From the NCBI RefSeq assembly GCF_963921235.1, contig NC_086107.1, positions 94,242,001 through 94,306,000 of the forward strand: 64,000 nucleotides of DNA, in the 5' to 3' direction. This stretch comes from Mobula hypostoma (taxonomy: Eukaryota). Shown here in pieces: positions 50,101-63,976 of this stretch (positions are counted from its first letter, which is position 1; each line of letters opens with the position of its first letter). The position numbers were made by a program, and so were the translations under genes. Under the pieces are notes generated by a model. That model was not told the DNA's origin. It made no database searches and saw only the letters and a program-made list of their open reading frames with translations.

Positions 50101-52709
50101 GTTTCTGTCCTCACAACACAGTAGCGTAGCGGTTAGGGTAATCTACTACAGCGCCTGTGACCAGGGTTTAATTCCGCCACCATCTGTGAGTTTACGTTCT
50201 CCCTGTAACTATGTGGCTTTCCACTGGTTGCTCCACTTTCCTCACACATTCCAAAGGCATTAGTAGGCTAATTGGTCAGATGGACATAATTGGGTGTCAC
50301 GGGCTCGTTGGGCCAGGAGGAAATTTTACTGTGATTTATCGTTAACTAAAATAACAAAATAAATAAATCGAAACAGAACTTGAACCCACAACCTTTTGCA
50401 TTATTTTCAGGTAAACGATGATCTTATAGAGATGCATAAAAATCACGACGGGCATAGATAGGGTTAATACACGTAGTCTCTTTCCCCAAAGAAGGGGGAT
50501 GCCACAAAGAAGCACCACCCATCAAGGACCCCCAACATTGAGACCATGCTCTCAGCTCGTTGCGGCCATCAGCAGGTGGTACAGGAGCCTTAGGTCCCAC
50601 ACCACTGGGTTCAGGAACAGCCTACAGGCCATCAGGTTCCTGAACCAGTGTGGATAACTTCACTCAGCTCAACTCTGAACTGGTTACACACCTATGGACT
50701 CACTTTCAGGCACTCTGCAACTCATGTTCTCAGTATTATTTATTGATGTATTTATTAGTTACTACTTTTTTTTGTATTTGCACAGTTTGTCTTCTTTTGC
50801 ACTTTGATTGTCAGTTTTTGTGTGCAATTTTCCATTGATTCTATTGTATTTCTTTGTTCTACTGCAAATGCCCACAAGAAAATCAATCTCAGTGTAATAT
50901 ACAGTACTTTGATAATACATTTACTTTGAACTTTGAATAAAGAACCCGAGGGCATAGGTTTAAAGTGAAGGAGGCAAAGTTTAATAGGAACTTGGGGGGG
51001 GGGGGGGCAACCTTTTATTTACACAGAGGGTGGTATTCATGTGGAATCAGCTGCCAGAGGAAGTGGTCGAGGCATGTACACATTTAAAAGACATTTGGAC
51101 AGGTACATGGATAGGAAGAGTTCAGAGGATTATAGGCCAAGCACTGGTAAATGGGACTAACATGGATGAAGCATCTAGGCTGGCATGGATCAGTGGGGCC
51201 GAAGAACCTGTTTTGCTGTTGTACAACTCTATGACACTACCAAGTCACCGGTGTCACACACCCAACTGCAACTATTTCTAAACACAAAAAAGTGCCTAAA
51301 TTATCACTAAAGTATAAACTGGGATTTGGGTTTAGCAAAAGACAACAGGAACAAAAATTCACAAGTAAACTGAATTATTTCTCTCACTTAATCCTACACT
51401 CAAGATTCACGGTATTGATTTCCAAAACAAGGAGACTGGCTCTGTAAACAAGATGGGCAGAATGTACCTTCATTCAGGAATTTAGAAGAATAAAGATGAT
51501 GAAGGTTCCTTTCCATAGATGCTGCCTGACTTTCCAGGCATTTACAGTTGCTCACTACCCTTCAACTTTGCAGCAGGAACACAGACATCAGATGAAAAGT
51601 TGTCAATGTGATTCCAAAATGAGGAAGAATCTTTGCTCTAAGGCTTGTGGATCTTTGGAATTCTCTACCCGGACACATGTAGACTGTGAGCCATACGGCA
51701 TATTCAAAGCTGGGACAGATACATCAGTGTAAAGTACAGTACATTTATGGTAGGAATGAGCAACTGAAGTCTCCTCATGGACCACTCCTACCTGTAGTTG
51801 GGAAAAGCACACAATGTTTACCGTAAAATGCACTTTTTGATATATGCATACAAAGTTTAAAAAAAAAATCATCAGAATGAGGTTCATTTTCTTGAGGGCA
51901 TTTTCAGGAAAATAAAGAAATAGGATAGAGTTTATGAAAAGCCATACATTAAAAAAGACTAACAACCAATGTGCAAAAGACGACAAATTGCGCAAATAAA
52001 ATAAATAAATAAATCTGCCAACATAGAGTTGTAAAGAGTCCTTGAAAGTGAGTGTGTAGGTTGTGGAATCAGTTCAGAGTTGTGGTGAGTGAAGTTCTCC
52101 ACACTAGCTGAGTAGCCTGATGGTTGCAGATAGTTAAACACAAGTATCTAATTTTACAGCTTTCAGCTTCTTTCATGATCAATTTATTTTAAATAAGCAA
52201 AATGACTTCAAATATTAAATAATCAATGGTTTTATTAAACAACTTCATGCTTGCAAAACAACTGAACGTTACAGGAAAAATGGAAGATCAGGTTATTACG
52301 TAAATGGTAAAACAATGCAGCATGCTGCTGTACAGAGGGACTTGGGAGTGCTTACGCATGAATCACAAGAGGCTGGTTTGCATGTGCAGCCCACCATCAA
52401 GAAGGCAAATGGACTGTTGGCCTTCATTACTAGACGTACTGAATTTAAGAGCACAAAGGTTATGCTGCAACTGTGAGACCACAGGTGGACTACTGTGTGC
52501 AGTTCTGGTCTCCTTACTTGAGGAAGGCTATACAGATTTTTGCATAGTAGGGGAATTCAGGGTTATGGGTAAAAGGCAGGTAAGTGGAGATGAGTCCATG
52601 GTCAGATCAGCCATGATCTTATTGAATGGCGGAGGAAGCTTGACGGGCTAGATGGCCGACTCCTGCTCTTATTTCTTACGTTTAAGCTATTCGGACAAAA
52701 CTGCTCTAA

Positions 52710-53935
52710 GATAGATAGATACTTTATTGACCTCAAAGGAAATTAGAGTGACACAGAAGTATTACAAGTGCCCAGATATAAATATTAGAAGAAAAGTAGA
52801 AAGAATAAAAAATAAGTTACCACCAACAGTCTAAGAAGAGGGAGTCATCACTTCCCCAGGTACAAGTTGACTCATTAAAGAGCCTAATAGCCAAGGGTAA
52901 GAGTGACCTCATATATTGCTCTTTGGAGCAGCTCAGTTGCCTTAGTCTATTACTAAAAATGTTCTTCTGTTCAGCCAAGGTGGCATGCAGAGGATGAGAA
53001 ACATTGTCCAGAGTTACCAGGATTTTCTGTAGGGTCCTTTGTTCTACCACAGCCTCCAGTGTGTCCAGTTTGACTCCTATAACAGAGCCAGACTTTCTAA
53101 TCAGTTTATTGAGCCTTTTGATATCACCCATGTTGATGCCATTGCCTCAGCACACCACCACATAGAAGATTGTACCGGTGACAACAGATTAGTAGAGCAT
53201 GTGAAGGAAAAGCCTGCATACTCAAAAGGACCTCAGTTTCCTCAGGAAGTAGAGGAGACTCTGGCCCTTCTTGTACACAGCCTCTGTGTTGGTGCTCCAC
53301 TCAAGTCTGTCATCCAGGTGCACCCCCAGGTACTTGTAGGTCCCCACAACATCCACGTCTTCACCATCAGTAGTAACAGGGAGCAGTGCAGGCTTAGTCT
53401 TCCTAAAGTCCATCACCATCTCCTTTGTCTCACTGATGTTGAGCTGCAGATGATTCAGCTTGCACTATTTGACAAAGTCCTCCACCAGGACCATTATTTC
53501 ATCCTCCCATCCTCCCTTTATATACTCAACTATTGTTGAGTCATCAGAGAATTGCTGCAGATTATATGTTGTATCTAAAGTCTGAGGTATACAGGGTAAA
53601 CAGGAAGGAAACCAATACAGTCCCCTGTGCGGCCCCAGTGCTGCTTATAGCCATGTCTGACACACAGCTCTGAAGCCGCATAAACCCTAGTCTGCCGGTC
53701 AAGTAGTCCATTATCCAGGATACAATGGAAGTGCCAATCTACATTCAACAGAGCTTTTACCCCAGCAATGAGGGCTACATGGTATTGAAGGCACTTGAAA
53801 AATCAAAAAATCATGATCCTCACAGTGCTGCCCTGCTTATCCAAATGGGAGTAGGCTCTGTTCTACAGGTATATGACAGCATGGTCGACTCCAATGTGCT
53901 CCTGGTAGGCAAATTGCAGGGGATCGAGGGCGAAG
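52710..53935 (-). mobile_element. Rex1/Babar-like LINE fragment
   Basis: MVMDFRK..YKYLGVHLDDRLEWSTNT..LYFLRKLRSF and RLNKLIRKSGSVIG..HPLH. Confidence 0.8.
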
Positions 53936-54900
53936 GACAGCAATCACAATTTCAAACTAAGTTATATTTCTGTATGTCACCAAAGACTCTGGCAAGTTTT
54001 TACAGGTGTACCGTGGAGGGCATTTTGACTGGCTGCACCACCCGCCTGGAAGAGGCACTGCCCCGGATTAAAAAAAGCTGCAGAGGGTTGTAAACTCAGC
54101 CAGCTCCACCATGGGCACCAGCCTCCCCAGTATCCAGGACATCTTCAAAAGGTGATGCCTCAGAACAGCAGCACCCATCATTAGGGACCTCCATCACCCA
54201 GGACATACTCTCTTCTTACTTTCATCCGAGGGAGGTGGTACAGGAGCTTGAAGACTCACACTCAACCTTTTAGAAACAGCCTCTTCCCCTCTGCCAATAT
54301 ATATTTATATTTCTCATTGTAGTTTATAGCCTTTTTGTGTATCGCACTGTACTGCTGCCACAAAACAAATTTCAACGACATATATTCATGATATTAAACG
54401 GGATATGGATTCTGAAGTTAGTAACAAGCAGAACTCAAACGTAAATTCTGTTCGTGAAATGTGGATGCTGCTGGCAAGGTCAAAGTTTACTGGTCATCCC
54501 CAACTACCATTAAAAAGAAATGGCAGCAAACTTCTTGCACAACAGAACAAGGGGGCCGAATGGCCCACACTTACTTCTCTTTCACATATTCTTCCAGTGA
54601 GGCTACACCCAGGGCTGTTGGGAAAGGGACTTCTAAGACTTACATTAAAAAAAAATGAAGTGACGATTTAATGACAATTAAAGATGACTTGCGACTAGGT
54701 GACATTCTCATGCCACCTGCTCACCTTGCCCACATTGGGAGGCAGAAGTTACAGGTCTGGAATCCAAAGGGTTGGAACTATCAGAGTAGTTTCCAAATTG
54801 CATGCTTCTAATTCTGTGAGAGGGGGCATAATTGTATAAGCACACAGTTCTTCCTTTACTTCATTTCAATCACAATACACTCAAAAGTTTTCCAACCCAC

Positions 54901-55038
54901 CTTTTCAAACTCAAGTTTAATAGGAGGAACGAAGTGACTTGAGACCCATTCAGCTGCCTCACGACCCAATGCCATGCTTTCTTCCACCGTCTGTGTTCCC
55001 AGTTTACACATTACAGAGTCGGTGTCACCATAAATAAC
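54901..55038 (-). CDS. POLD1: POLD1 exon (equivalent to exon 19), 138 nt, catalytic motif C
   Basis: tcactag|exon|gtgggt; [46 protein letters not shown] contains the B-family YGDTDS motif. Confidence 0.98.
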
Positions 55039-57259
55039 CTAGTGAGGAGGTAACAGGACAAGGATAAGACATTGCTAAGGTCATTTGATTGTACAGAAAA
55101 GACAATATATGAAGAAACAGTATGCTTAGCCACAATTATAAAGAGTGTTCTGTACCCTTCATCTGTACAAGTAGATAAAGCTGACATAGAGAGCAGAACC
55201 AGTTCATCAGGCTCCGGAACCAGAGGGGATAACTTCACTTGCCCCATCACTGAACTGTTCCCACAACCTATCAACTCAATTTCAAGGACTCCCCATCTCA
55301 TGTTCCCGATATTTTTTTCTGTATTTGCAGTTTGCTGTCTTTTGCACACTGGCTATGCGGTCTTTTATTGATTCTATTATGGTATTGGATTTTTGATTAT
55401 GGTCTCAAGACAATGAATTTCAGGGTTGTATATTGTGAGATATATGTACTTTGATAATAAATATATTTGAACTGTGAACTTTGAAAAGGAAATGGTCCTA
55501 GAAACAATTAAAATCAAGCTACACAAACAGAAGATATGGGTTAATAAATTGTGAGCATGCTCCGTTGGCACTGGTAGTACGTTGACAATTGTAGGCTGCT
55601 ACCAGCACTACCTTTGACTATATTGGTATTTGATGCAAACAACGCATTTCACAGTATGTTTTGATGTACGTGTGACAAATAAAGCCTTTAATAAGCTGGA
55701 TGTGATAACCTTGAGTTGCAAGACTATTATCTAAAGGATTTTATTCTGGCCACTCCATACTCTGTCATAAAGCATCACACACTAAATCAGAAATGGTCAC
55801 TACTCCAACTCAACAGCCTCTACGAGGCCAACCAAAGGTCTTTTTTACAATCGCAAGACACTGCTGGATATCAAGAACTTCAGGTCCTGCAGGTCCACCC
55901 CATTGGCAGAGAGGTTGCACTTGGTGCAGACTGCATTGCTGCCTGCTACAGGAAAAGTGCGGAGTCAGTGCACGAAGGCAGCGTGCAGTCTCAACAGCAA
56001 CTAATTGACTTGGATGTGTTGGACAAGATTCTGTTGGACATTGGCAAGTCCAGCTCACTGGTTTATTGGTGGGCCCAACAGCAAGGTAGCTGCATGGCCT
56101 TGGTTTTAACACAAACTAAGCCTCAGGACGTGGTGTAGCCCACTGGCAACTGGTCAGGAAAGAGGTGTGGAGTCTGTGCCCGGAGGCAGTGTGGTGTGGC
56201 ATCCACACTGGCGTCAGTGCTGCCTTCCAGTGTTTGCTTGACAGAAGGCGAGCTGGATTGCATTAGTCTGTAGACCGCTGCGGGCTTGTTCTTGCCAACA
56301 ACATTCATGGACTCAAGGACTTGGGTCATATTATTTTTTTGGTGTGACTGTACATTTACTGCCAGCTTGTATGTACTGCGCAACACTGTTGGCATTGCAT
56401 TTTGGATCATGGCCCCGAAGGAATGCAGTTTGGTTTGGCTTGTCTGTATTCATGGGTTACTCATGTATGGTTGGATGACAATTAAACTTGAACCTGATTT
56501 AACATAGAACATTACATTGCAGTACAAGCCCTTCAATGTTGCACCGACCTTTTAACCTACTCCTGGATTCCTCTAATCTTCCTTCCTACATAACCCTCCA
56601 TTTTTCTTCCATCCATATTCCGTCCAAGTTTTTAAGTGCCCCTAATGTATCTGCCTCTAGCACCATCCTCAGGAGCATGTTCCACGCAGCCACCACTGTG
56701 TTAAAAACCTACCTATGTCACTGCCTATACTTTCCTCCAATCATCTTAATATTATGCCCTCTCGTATTAGTCATTGCCAACTGGGAAAAGGCTGCTGGCT
56801 GTCTACTCTGTTTCTGCCTCTATCACCTTACAAGCCTACATCAAGTCAGCTCTCCCAGCATGCTCAACCTTTCCTCAGAAGACACGTTCTCTAATCCTTG
56901 CAGTATCGTGGTAAATCTCTTCTGTACCTCCCTCCCTAAAGCTTCCACATAATGAGGCAGCCAGAAATGAACACAATACTCCAAGTGTTGTCTAACCGGA
57001 CCTTTATAGAGCAACACCATTACTCGCGGCTCTTGACTTCTGGTTTAAGGTGGCGCTACTGAAGTTGGACGACAGCTTACTGGTGGTTCATAAGGCAAGC
57101 AATACAACTAAACACTTTTTCTGTGGTAAATTGTAGTAAATTATCACCACAAACAATGAAGAGGCAAGCAAAGGAGAGGCTGACTCGAGGGTCAAGGCGT
57201 ATAGGTGTGATGCAGTCAGAGCGTGGTATGTTCAAGAAGTGGTCTGGGCACGTGTGAGA

Positions 57260-58630
57260 AGTGGTTGGTAAGTTGATGGAGAAGATCCTAAGAGGCAGGA
57301 TTTATGAATATTTGGAGAGGCATAATATGATTAGGAATAGTCAGCATGGCTTTGTGAAAGGCAGGTCATGCCTTACGAGCCTGATTGGATTTTTTGAGGA
57401 TGTGACTAAACACATTGATGAAGGTAGAGCAGTAGATGTAGCGTTTATAGATTTCAGTAAGGTATTTGATAAGGTACCTCACACGCAAGGCTTATTGAGA
57501 AAGTAAGGAGGCATAGGATCCAAGAGGACCTTGCTTTGTGGATCCAGAATTGACTTGTCCACAGAAGGCAAAGAGTGGTTGTAGATGGGTCATATTCTGC
57601 ATACAGGTTGGTGACCAGTGGTGTGCCTCAGGGATCTGTTCTGGGACCCTTCTCTTCGTGATTTTTATAAATGGATGAGGAAGTGGAGGGATGGGTTAGA
57701 AAATTTGCTGATGACACAAAGGTTGGGGGTGTTGTGGATACAGTGAAGGGCTGTCAGAGGTTATAGCAGGACATCAATAGGATGCAAAACTAGACTGAGA
57801 AGTGGCAGATAGAGTTTAACCCAGTTAAGTGTGAGGTGGTTCATTTTGGTAGGTCAAATATGATGGTAGAATATAGTATTAATAGTAAGACACTTGGTAG
57901 TGAGGAGGATCAGAGGGATCTTGGAGCTCGAGTCCGTAGGAACTCAAAGCTGCTGCGCAGGTTGACTGTGTGGTTAAGAAGGCATACAGTGTATTGGCCT
58001 TCATCTACTGTAGATTGAGTTCAAGAGCCGAGAGGTAATGTTACCGCTATATAGAACCCTTGTCAGACTCCAATGGAGTACTGCTCAGTTCTGATCACCT
58101 CACTACAGGAAGGATGTGGAAACTATAGAAAAGGTGCACAGGAGATTTACAAGGATATTGCCTGGATTGGGGAGCATGCCTTATGAGAATAGGCTAAGTG
58201 AACTTGGCCTTTTTTCCTTGGAGCGGCAGAGGATGAGAGGTGACTTGATAGAGGTGTACAAGATGATGAGAGGCATTGATCATGTGGATAGCCAGAGGCC
58301 TTTTCCCAGGGCTGAAATGGCTAACACGAGGGGGCACAGTTTTAAGGTGCTTGGAAGTAGGTACAGGGATTGCAGGGTTAAATTGGTTTTTTTTTACTTT
58401 ATTTTTTGTTTTAAAAACACAGAGTGCTGAGTGCATGGAATGGGCTGCCAGTGACGGTGGTGGAGGCGAATACAATAGGGTCTTTTAAGAGACTCTTGGA
58501 TAAGTACATGGAGCTTAGAAAGATAGAGGGCTACAGATAACCCTAGGTAATTTCTAAAGCAAGTACATGTTCGGCACAGCATTGTGGGCTGAAGGACCTG
58601 TATTGTACTGCAAGCTTTCTATGTTCTATG
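57260..58630 (+). mobile_element. CR1 LINE, 5'-truncated
   Basis: SQHGFVKGRSCLTSL..DFSKVFDKVPH, MRGDLIEVYKMMRG and tail TTCTATGTTCTATG. Confidence 0.92.
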
Positions 58631-59069
58631 ACATGGAGTTGGAGTTGGAGATGGAGTTAGAGCAGAGGAGTTTCGGAGCCCATCCATCTAAACCGTGAGC
58701 GAAGTTGGATCAAGCTAAGCGCCAAGCTGATTTGGAAAGCTGAAGTACAGGTAGGTTCAGAGCAAATTGCTGTCACAGGGCCTGGGTCCTAGTGCAGGGC
58801 ACAACCCGATGTTTGGATGATTTAAACGTCGGGCCAGATAGACTGAAAAAGCAGAGTGTTGGGACCAGAGGTCTCCTACATAGCCTTCCAGTTTTCTTTC
58901 ATCCATCTCCCTATCTAAGTCTCTTAAATATCCCTAATATGTCTGCCTCTACCACCACCACTGGTAGTGTGTACCACGCACCCACCACTCTCCATGTAAA
59001 CAAAATCTACCTCTGACATTCTTCCTAAATATTCCTCCAATCCGTTGAAAATTATGCCTCCTTTTTTTT

Positions 59070-59395
59070 AAAATAGGCATCCATTAGTCTTGTGAGACCA
59101 TGGATTTGTGCCTTGGAAGGTTTCCAGGGCGCAGGTCTGAGTAAGGTTGTATGGAAGACTGGCAGTTGCCCATGCTGCAAGTCTCCCCTCTCCATGCCAC
59201 CGATGTTGCCCAAGGGAAGGGCACTAGGGCTGATAGAGCTTGGCACCGGTGTCGTCGCAGAGCAATGTGTAGTTAAGTGCCTTGCTCAAGGACACAACAT
59301 GCTACCTCAGGTGAGGCTCAAACTAGCAACCTTCAGGTCACTAGACTGACGCCTGAACCACTTGGCCATGTGCCAACACCACGTGCCCCTTTGTA
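59070..59395 (-). mobile_element. tRNA-headed SINE with CORE-like segment and possible RTE-type tail, inserted in a CR1 tail
   Basis: Minus strand GGCACATGGCCAAGTGGTTCAGGCG..GTGTCCTTGAGCAAGGCACTTAAC. Confidence 0.6.
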
Positions 59396-59614
59396 ATAGC
59401 CATATCCACCCCGGTTCTCCACTCCAGTTAAGCCTCTTCAATTTGAGGGGTCCTTGGATGTTAATATACCACATTGTGCTTATCTGTCTATGGACCCAAT
59501 AATTCAAAGACTAGATAGTATACCTAATTTGATTATCCTAGGCTAACAGATTGAGGAGGTTAGTGACTTTTAAACTTTGTAAGATTAAGAATGGGCTTGT
59601 TTTTAATATACTGT

Positions 59615-60133
59615 ACACACTCAGTGGCCACTTTATTATGTATACCTGCTCACTAATCAGTCAATCAAGTGTAAGCAACTCAATGTATAAAAGCATGCAG
59701 ACATGGTCAAGAGAATCAGTTGTTGTTCAGACCGAACAGTGAAATGGGGAAGAAATGTGTTCTAAATGACTGATGGAGGAATGATTGTTGGTGCCAGATG
59801 GGGTGGTCTGACCATCTCAGAAACTGCACTCCTGGGATTTTCATACACAGTCTCTGGAGAGTATAGAGAATGGTACAAAAAACAAACAAAAAAAATCCAG
59901 TGAGTGGCAGTTCTGTGGGCAAAAAACACCTTGTTAATGAGAAGTCAGAGGAGAATGGCCAGACTGGTTCAACCTGACAGGAAAGTGACAGTAACTCAAA
60001 TAACCACAAGTTACAACGGTGGTGTGCAGAGCAGCATCTCTGAGTGCACATGTTGAACCTTGAAATGGATGGGCTACAGCAGAAGACCACACCCTGTTCC
60101 ACTCCTGTACATAATAATGTGGCCACTGAGTAT
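59615..60133 (+). mobile_element. Same non-autonomous Tc1/mariner family, with both TIRs
   Basis: CACTCAGTGGCCACTTTATT..ATAATGTGGCCACTGAGTA; body homologous to 24168-24660; partial copy also at about 30960-31190. Confidence 0.8.
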
Positions 60134-60253
60134 ATGTCAGTGATAATAAATCCGATTCTGAATCCTGATGGTTCTTCTTTCCTTAGTATAAAGGAAGTTT
60201 CTGGAACTCTTGTAGCTCAGTGTTTGCCTTCAGTAAAATAGACCAGACCCTAC

Positions 60254-60349
60254 CTTTGCATCTGCTTTGTAACCATTTGCGATGGTGTACCTAGATTCAA
60301 CCAGCTGTTTCGTTTTCTCAATCATCTGTCGCCCGAATCCAGTGACACT
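60254..60349 (-). CDS. POLD1: DNA polymerase delta catalytic subunit, internal exon (equivalent to human exon 18), 96 nt
   Basis: ttccacag|exon|gtaggg; translates [32 protein letters not shown], matching POLD1 just after motif B; phase 0/0. Confidence 0.97.
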
Positions 60350-60949
60350 CTGTGGAAAAAGTTAAAACCCCAGCTTAAAATTTCTCATAGTAAAAAGAGT
60401 AAAAAGTAAGACTTTCAGTGCTGCAAAAGGAAAAAGAAAAACAGATAAGAAATGTGCAAGTTTTTTTTTTAATTATGAACCACGGGGCAAGGACTCTGCA
60501 ACAGTTTTTGCAGACCGCTGAGAGAATCATCTCTCTCCCTGCCTGACAACCCCCCCCCCCACCTCATACAGGAGAAGCACTGCATTTGCAGAGCCCTCAT
60601 CATTGTCAAGGATCCCTCCCATCCGTCCTATAATCTCTTTGACCTCCTACCTTCAGGCAGAAGGTACCACAGAAGAAGAACAAGGACTGTGGGTCTGGGT
60701 AACAGTTTCTTACCCCAGGCTGTGAGGCTTCTGAACACCCTGTTACCACCCAGTAAGCACTATTTATGACAGTGCCAGTAAGAGTAATAATGTTATATAT
60801 TTAACTATATGTCATATATGCACTTTAAATCAACATGTATAACTACAGAATAGATTTTTTCTTAATCTTTTAATATGATTGCTGTATGTGATATATATAC
60901 TTTGATTTGCACCTTTGTCCCTGAGGAACATTATTTCACTTAACTGCAT

Positions 60950-61445
60950 ACAATACTGTTCAAAAGTCTTAGGCATATGTATGTATATAGCTAGCGTGCC
61001 CAAGACTTCTGCACAGAACTGCAGTAACTTTAAGTATTGCACTGTACTGCTGCTGCATATAGAAACAAATTTCATGACACATGTGAGTGATGATAAATCT
61101 GATTCTGCTATGGGTCTCTATCATTGACTGAGAGTTGGAAGGGCGCAGGAAGCACCAGAGAGATGCTCTGTAATGATCAACGCACAAATTTTTTGCAATC
61201 AAATGACCCTGCCTGGTGTCTCAAGGCTGGCTCTGATCTGCCCCGTGCCAATCTCCTGGGGCACCTTCTCTGCCATCCGTCCCACACCAGTCTTGTGGCG
61301 CTCAGCTCTCACCATTCCCAATATCCTTTGCTCCCGCCATATTTACAAACTCTGTGTCCACTCCACGTTGACAAAAACAGTACTGTGCAGAGGTCTTAGG
61401 CACCCTAGTTGTATATATGTGCCCGAGACTTTTGCAGAGCACTCA
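60950..61445. mobile_element. Composite repeat containing ~65-bp palindromic MITEs; inverted homolog at about 32505-33015
   Basis: TACTGT(G/T)CAAAAGTCTTAGGCA..TGCC(C/T)AAGACTTTTGCACAG-type motif at 60953-61020, 61378-61443 and 32565-32625. Confidence 0.65.
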
Positions 61446-61871
61446 ATGTGTTGCATATGCACCTTATATCAACTTGTACGTCTATAGATTAGGTTTCGTT
61501 AATCTTTTAAAACTATTGCTGTATGAGATACATGTAGTTTGTTTTGTACCTTTTGTCACCGAGGAACTCTGTTTCGTTTAGCTGTGTACATGTGCATGGT
61601 TCAATTATAATAATCTTGAATTCAGCAGGGCGGGTTGAAGAATGAAGCAAAACCTTACGTCAGATAGCAGCACTCACCGAAACCACTCACAGGTCAGACG
61701 TATTTTAGATAGTGTGAAGAATTTGCCATCATTTTCCAAGAACATTGGAGGTTAATGAGAAATTTTACTGGGGGGGGGGGTTGGTTAAAATTATTAGGGC
61801 TTTTAAACGTAAATAAACTTTCATACATGAAGAGAAACAAGGGCCAATAACAAAACAAATCAAAGGTTTGG

Positions 61872-62012
61872 CAACACAGCCAAAGTGTTGGAGGAACTGA
61901 GCAGGCCAGGCAGCCTCATGGGAAAGAGTAACAGTCGATATTTCTGGCTGAGACGTCCCGATGAAGGGTCTCGGCCCGAAATATCGACTGTTTACTCTTT
62001 TCCATAGACAGG
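61872..62012. mobile_element. Palindromic PLE-derived mini-element
   Basis: CAGTCGATATTTC..CCCGATGAAGGGTCTCGGCCCGAAATATCGACTG with inverted arms. Confidence 0.75.
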
Positions 62013-62151
62013 CACCTTTTTAAAGACACCCCACCCATTAGTCGTGCCCTCTTCCTGAATCTGGAAAGTAACAACAAACAGGTCACAGCACAGAATGTCC
62101 AGGAGCACGCAAGTACAAACAAAGCTGTCTATGCTGCGTGTTAGCCCAGCG

Positions 62152-63976
62152 TAGTGGACACCAACCTTTTTAAGCCCAAGATCCTCTACCTCGACCTTAG
62201 TGAAAGGCAAGATCTACCTACTAAATTGTTTAGAGAAAAAACAGCTCAGATTACACTTCCAATCTGAGGCTTTTTATTTGGGCTAATTGTATTTGAATTA
62301 CACAAAATACTTTTGTCAAACTTCCAAATTAATTCAAACAAGAAAACACTAACAAGCATATCAAACAGGCCATAGCTATCTTTCTTTAAGAATATTACAA
62401 TACTTCACACTTTTAATTCTAAGTTTCATTATTTAATTTTATTTCAACACAAAAAATAAATGAATAAAACTTGACTGTTGCACTCAGTGTGATGACTGAC
62501 GCTGAATACTTTCTGCTAGTTCCCTGAAATTTGGCTCATAACTACAGACAGCCAGTCTGAGACAGTCCGTGAGGTGTAAGACAGCTCCTGTGCTTAGATT
62601 TAATAATTTCCATCTGTAAAAATGCAATTTCACATAGATAAGTTGACCCGAAGTAGGCACTGATTTTTAGTGCTATAAAACCAATGCGCACACCGCGCAT
62701 TGCTGGGGCCCCATGAGTAGTAATTGCCACCAGTTTATGAATGGGGATGTCATTTTCACAGACATATTTTTTTAAACTCATTGTAAATATCTTCACCTCT
62801 CGTTCTCTCCTTTAATTGCAAAAGAGTAAGGAAGTCCTCCTTTGTTGTAAAATCCTGGAAAGCCATTCTGATAATTACAAGAAGCTGAGCTGTTTGCATT
62901 ACATCCAGGGATTCATCAAACTGTAGTGAAAAATATTCACAGAGTGACAAGTCAATCCACACCCTCTGACAGTGACTCTACCCTCCTTGTCACTGTTGCA
63001 GGGCCAAGCGGTATATTATGTATTGCGGTTATGAGACCGTTTTTGTTTTTAAAGTCATTAAAAAACATTCTCTGCGGTAATGGCCATTGCTTCCTTGAAT
63101 AAATCGCCATCTGTAAAAGGCTTCTTGTGTTTAGCCAAAAGGTGACTTACACAAAATGATGCTTCAACAGCAGCCTTATTTTGAGCAGCATGTTTTGTGA
63201 AAAACGATTGCTGGGCCTTCAACCCCGATTACAGCTCCTCAACTTTCCTGGCACGAATTGCACTCTTTGGGGGGTGGGTGTCTTTAAATTTCTGGTAGTT
63301 GGTGTTGTGGTGCCGCTCCAGATTCCCTCTTTTAGTCAGTGCTTGTCTTTCACCAAGGTAAATAGAAATTCCTCTTCCCATTCTGGATGGAATTTGTACG
63401 TTTTCGCCTTCTTTCATGAAGCCTCCGCTATGCTATCAGGATATCACGAGCAATTGTCGATTGCATCGCCTCTGATCTGAGCCGACATTTACAGGCCAGG
63501 TGACACCTAATTAATTAGCAGGTTTATTTCAGCTTTTTTCTTAAAGGTGTGCTGGGTGCGTTCCAACTACCGCTGCACCGCTACGTTCTTCGCAGCAATG
63601 TATCGGTCCACGGCTTGGAGGTTGGGGACCACTGCCATATATTGATGTTTGCAACAGTCTGTACTCTTATTTAATCTAATTGGTCACTTTGATGCAGCAC
63701 AGGCTACGCTGAAAACACAGTGCATGGCGGGGGAGCTACACACATGTGCACTGGGCAGAAAGAACGGAACTAAAACGCCACAACCCAGAAACAATCTCTC
63801 TTTACAAACAGCTTTCAGTAGCGAAAGTATTGCTATATTACCATTATCCTAATTAGTATTACTTATTTTTATAATGTTCATATTACAACAGTATTTGTAT
63901 ATTTATTTTTGATTTTTTTTCGGGATCTAATGGGAAAGTCTCAAAGATCGACCGGTCGACAGGTTGGCGACCACTA
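62152..63976 (-). mobile_element. hAT (SPIN/GTF2IRD2-like) transposon, deleted
   Basis: TIRs TAGTGGACACCAACCT / AGGTTGGCGACCACTA; candidate TSD GCCCAGCG/GCCTAGCA (6/8); fragments KKAKTYKFHPEWEEEFLF, YFSLQFDESLDV..TRGEDIY and AYFGSTYLCEIAF. Confidence 0.88.

Noticed and set aside
55716..56480. 140-aa ORF and GC-richer block as a nested gene
   Set aside because: No recognisable domain or splice structure; the block ends in a LINE-type tail, so it is probably a repeat.
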